Below the pieces are notes generated by a model. The model worked only from the letters and a program-made list of their open reading frames with translations. It searched no databases and had not been told where the DNA came from. 64,000 nucleotides of DNA from a virus: positions 23,860 to 87,859 of IMG/VR virus record IMGVR_UViG_3300010151_007551. One strand, written 5' to 3'. Position numbers and translations under genes: made by a program. How positions within the stretch are numbered: position 1 is the first letter of the stretch; each line of letters starts with the position of its first letter. Below are positions 60,953 to 64,000 of the stretch, piece after piece.

Positions 60953-61956
60953 AAGAAAATTTAATAAAAACGTTAGATTCATTTAATTCTATAAGGAAGA
61001 AAAATTTTCATAAAAGCAAAACCGATGAGGCAAGCTTATTGGAAATAAATAACACGCTGTTAACGGCAGAACAATTAGATTATGTAATTAAAGATGAACC
61101 GGATTTTCCTTTTATATTCGGTTTTGGTATTCCGAGGTCGGGAACAACGTTATTGGGTCAAATATTAGCATATGGATTAAATGCCGGTTATATAAATAAT
61201 TTTTCAGCTCGATTTTGGTTAGCCCCGGTGACTGGAATAATGTTATCTAAAATTATCTTAGGAAATGGTAAGTCAATGGATTTTACTTCTAATTATGCTA
61301 CCACTAAAGACTTAACTTCTATTCATGAATTTGGATATTTTTGGAGACACTGGTTGCATTTAAATAAAGTGTCAGATTTTAAGAATTTTAAGGATAAAGA
61401 AGATAATATTGAATGGGAAAAATTAAAATGTACTTTAATTAACATGCAAGATCAATATGGTAATGTTTTCGTAATGAAAAATTTATTTGGAGCATATCAT
61501 CTAGATAAAATAATAGAGGTTTTAAAAAAAGTTATATATGTATATGTTGAGAGAGATGAATTAGATACCGCTATTTCTATATTAGATGCTAGGAGAAAGT
61601 TTCATGATAACTTAAACACCTGGTGGTCTACTCTTCCTCCAAATCATGAAAATCTATTAGATCTTGATCACATTGATCAAATAACCGGTCAAATTATTTC
61701 ACTTAAACGTTACTATAATTCAATAATAGACAATTCCATATATAAAGATAATATAATAAAAATTAAATATAATGATTTAACCGAACGTCCTAATCTATTA
61801 TTGAAGCAAGTAAAAGAAAAAAGTAAAATGTTGTTTAATAAGGATATTCAAAATATTAAGACATTAGATACATTTTCAAATAGGACATATGAAAATAGAG
61901 AAAAAGAAAAAAATAAATTTAAAGTGTCTTTTGATAAGATGAAAAAAGTATTATGA
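60949..61956 (+). CDS. PAPS-dependent sulfotransferase
   Basis: GIPRSGTTLL PAPS-binding loop, VERD...AISI and IKYNDL..P motifs. Confidence 0.85.
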   Translation: MKENLIKTLDSFNSIRKKNFHKSKTDEASLLEINNTLLTAEQLDYVIKDEPDFPFIFGFGIPRSGTTLLGQILAYGLNAGYINNFSARFWLAPVTGIMLSKIILGNGKSMDFTSNYATTKDLTSIHEFGYFWRHWLHLNKVSDFKNFKDKEDNIEWEKLKCTLINMQDQYGNVFVMKNLFGAYHLDKIIEVLKKVIYVYVERDELDTAISILDARRKFHDNLNTWWSTLPPNHENLLDLDHIDQITGQIISLKRYYNSIIDNSIYKDNIIKIKYNDLTERPNLLLKQVKEKSKMLFNKDIQNIKTLDTFSNRTYENREKEKNKFKVSFDKMKKVL

Positions 61957-62690
61957 CAGTTTCTATACACCAACCTAATTTTATACCTTGGATAGGATAT
62001 TTTTATAAAATATATTCTAGTGATATTTTCGTTATATTAGATGATGTACAGTACACAAAAAATGGATTTACAAATAGAAATAAGATAAGGACATCTAATG
62101 GAATGGGATGGTTGACTGTCCCAATTGTCAGTTCATTTGGACAAAATATAAATAAAGTAAAAATACATGACAAGGAATTTAATATAAAAAAAATAATAAA
62201 ATCAATAGAACAGAATTACAATAAATCTTCATATTTTGATAATTATTTTAAAGATATTTCTTATATTTTAAATGTTTCTGGTGAAAATTTGTGTAAAATA
62301 AATATAGATTTAATAAAATACATAGTCGATGTATTGAAAATAGATACAGAAATATTAATTTCATCTGAACTAAAAAATATTAATGGAAAAAGCACCGATA
62401 GACTTGTAAGCATATGTAAAAACGTAGGAGCAACTAGTTATTTTTCTGGATTCGGAGGAATGAAATATCAAGAAGAAAACATGTATAATAAAAATAATAT
62501 AGATTTAGTATACACCGATTTTAATCATCCAATATATGAACAGCGTTGGAAAAATGAATTTATTCCAAATATGAGTATAATAGATTTGTTATTTAATAAC
62601 GGACCGTTTAGTTTAGATGTAATTATGTCTTATAATGAAAACATGACAGTTTTATCAAAAAAAAACAATTTCACACATGAGAAAAAGTAA
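61953..62690 (+). CDS. WbqC family protein
   Basis: IHQPNFIPWIGYFYKI...DDVQY...NRNKI...MSIIDLLFN. Confidence 0.9.
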   Translation: MTVSIHQPNFIPWIGYFYKIYSSDIFVILDDVQYTKNGFTNRNKIRTSNGMGWLTVPIVSSFGQNINKVKIHDKEFNIKKIIKSIEQNYNKSSYFDNYFKDISYILNVSGENLCKINIDLIKYIVDVLKIDTEILISSELKNINGKSTDRLVSICKNVGATSYFSGFGGMKYQEENMYNKNNIDLVYTDFNHPIYEQRWKNEFIPNMSIIDLLFNNGPFSLDVIMSYNENMTVLSKKNNFTHEKK

Positions 62691-63267
62691 AATGTGGTAT
62701 GAAGACGCCCATAAAGGTGATGAAGCAATGAAAAAATATTACACAGGAGTGTATGCAGAGAGGAATGATATGTTATTTAAAATGATTTTTAAAGAAATCA
62801 AATCAAAACAAATAAGAATATTAGATATAGCAGCAGGTTCTTCATATATGGCAGAGCTTTTTTTGAAATTAAATAATGTAATAAGTTATTCCTTTAACGA
62901 CTTTAACGATAAGGTTATTAAATTTGTATTAACTAGAATAAATGATAATAGATTTAATATATGTAGTTTTGACGCCGAGGATGATATAAAACATTATAAT
63001 GATAATGATCTAATGATTTGCTTAAGTTTAGAACACATTGAAAATGATTTTGGCTTATTAAATGCATTTAATAAAGATACACTATGCGCATTATGCAGTC
63101 CTAATTTTGATGCAAGGTCTCATGTTAGATACTTTGATGAGTTAGAAGATTTTAAAAAAAGATATGAAAATCACTTAAATATAATAGAAGCCAATGAATT
63201 AGTTTGGCGTCATAAAAAAACCAAAAGGGTTCTAAAAAAATATATGATACTTGGTTATAAAAAATAA
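62677..63267 (+). CDS. Class I SAM-dependent methyltransferase
   Basis: ILDIAAGS, LEHIEND and SPNFD..SHVR motifs. Confidence 0.75.
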   Translation: MRKSKMWYEDAHKGDEAMKKYYTGVYAERNDMLFKMIFKEIKSKQIRILDIAAGSSYMAELFLKLNNVISYSFNDFNDKVIKFVLTRINDNRFNICSFDAEDDIKHYNDNDLMICLSLEHIENDFGLLNAFNKDTLCALCSPNFDARSHVRYFDELEDFKKRYENHLNIIEANELVWRHKKTKRVLKKYMILGYKK

Positions 63268-63278
63268 ATTTAATAATA

Positions 63279-63824
63279 ATGAAATCACCAAATAAAAAGC
63301 AACTGTCTAATATGTATAATAAGAGTGCATATGATTATCTATGTTCAGCTGATTTTACAGAAGTGTACGAACACGCTGCAGATTTTTTAATTAAAAAAAG
63401 TTCACAGTCAATATTAGACGTTGGGTGTTGGAATGGAATGTTTTTAAAGAATCTCTTAAAACAGGGGTATGATAATAAATATATTGGGTTTGATTTATGT
63501 TCAGAAGCAATTCAAGAAGCTTTAAAAAAATATAATGGTATTAAAGATATTGAATTTCACACAAAGAGTTGGTATGAAATGTTTAATAATAAATCCTTTG
63601 ATTCTATATATTTCGGGGGAGTTTTTTACTATATAGATGATAAAATTTCATTCATTAATAAATATATCGAATCATATAATCCTCGGTTAATTGTAATTCA
63701 AGATTTACAAATCACTGATCTTTCTTGTTTTAATGTATTTTCCCCAAATACAAAGAAATTTAGTGTAGACATTGATGTTAATATAGAAAGAAAGAATAGA
63801 CAAGTTATTACTTTTGAGTTATGA
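63279..63824 (+). CDS. Class I SAM-dependent methyltransferase
   Basis: ILDVGCWNG, YIGFDL and FDSIYFGGVFYY motifs. Confidence 0.8.
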   Translation: MKSPNKKQLSNMYNKSAYDYLCSADFTEVYEHAADFLIKKSSQSILDVGCWNGMFLKNLLKQGYDNKYIGFDLCSEAIQEALKKYNGIKDIEFHTKSWYEMFNNKSFDSIYFGGVFYYIDDKISFINKYIESYNPRLIVIQDLQITDLSCFNVFSPNTKKFSVDIDVNIERKNRQVITFEL

Positions 63825-64000
63825 AAAACGATGAAACCATATTAGTAATAATGCCAATGTATAATGCTGAATTATTTATAAAAAAATCTATAGAATCTAT
63901 ATTAAATCAGAAAGGTGTAAAAATAATTCTCGTAATAATAGACGACGGGTCTACAGATGATTCTTATAAAATAGCTAGTTCTTTTTCTAACATTGTCTTA
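63821..64000 (+). CDS. GT2 family glycosyltransferase (partial, runs off the right edge)
   Basis: Absent from the ORF track: MKNDETILVIMPMYNAELFIKKSIESILNQ...IIDDGSTDDS. Confidence 0.88.
   Translation, partial: MKNDETILVIMPMYNAELFIKKSIESILNQKGVKIILVIIDDGSTDDSYKIASSFSNIVL

Overview
AT-rich segment of a large T4-like (myovirus-type, probably jumbo) phage genome read in the standard genetic code. A Bacteroidota host is inferred from Bacteroidota-type ClpP, ribosomal protein S1 N-terminus, Hc1 and DUF6576-like sequences, and from A-rich start contexts lacking Shine-Dalgarno motifs. The + strand carries mostly replication, recombination and nucleotide-metabolism genes: split family B polymerase, gp32, gp41, UvsX, gp46/47, RNase H, two type II topoisomerase subunits, class II RNR, dUTPase, a dCMP-type thymidylate synthase homologue, dCMP deaminase and GuaB/GuaC. 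It also carries host-takeover and proteostasis genes (bS1, Hc1, GroEL, GroES, ClpP, Smr) and a glycan-modification cluster running off the right end. The - strand carries mainly morphogenesis genes (baseplate protein with an Asp-box propeller running off the left end, sheath, tube, major capsid, protease-scaffold) plus gp55-like sigma, RuvC-like and DnaJ. The most notable unexplained element is a ~420-nt multi-helix, possibly pseudoknotted non-coding RNA candidate at 27196-27618, with its own promoter, a boxB/boxA-like leader and a terminator. Also notable are an origin-like element at 5428-5517, a fixed-spacing ECF-like promoter motif, and a pseudoknotted leader before the RNR gene. All calls come from reading the sequence by eye; no database searches or folding programs were run.
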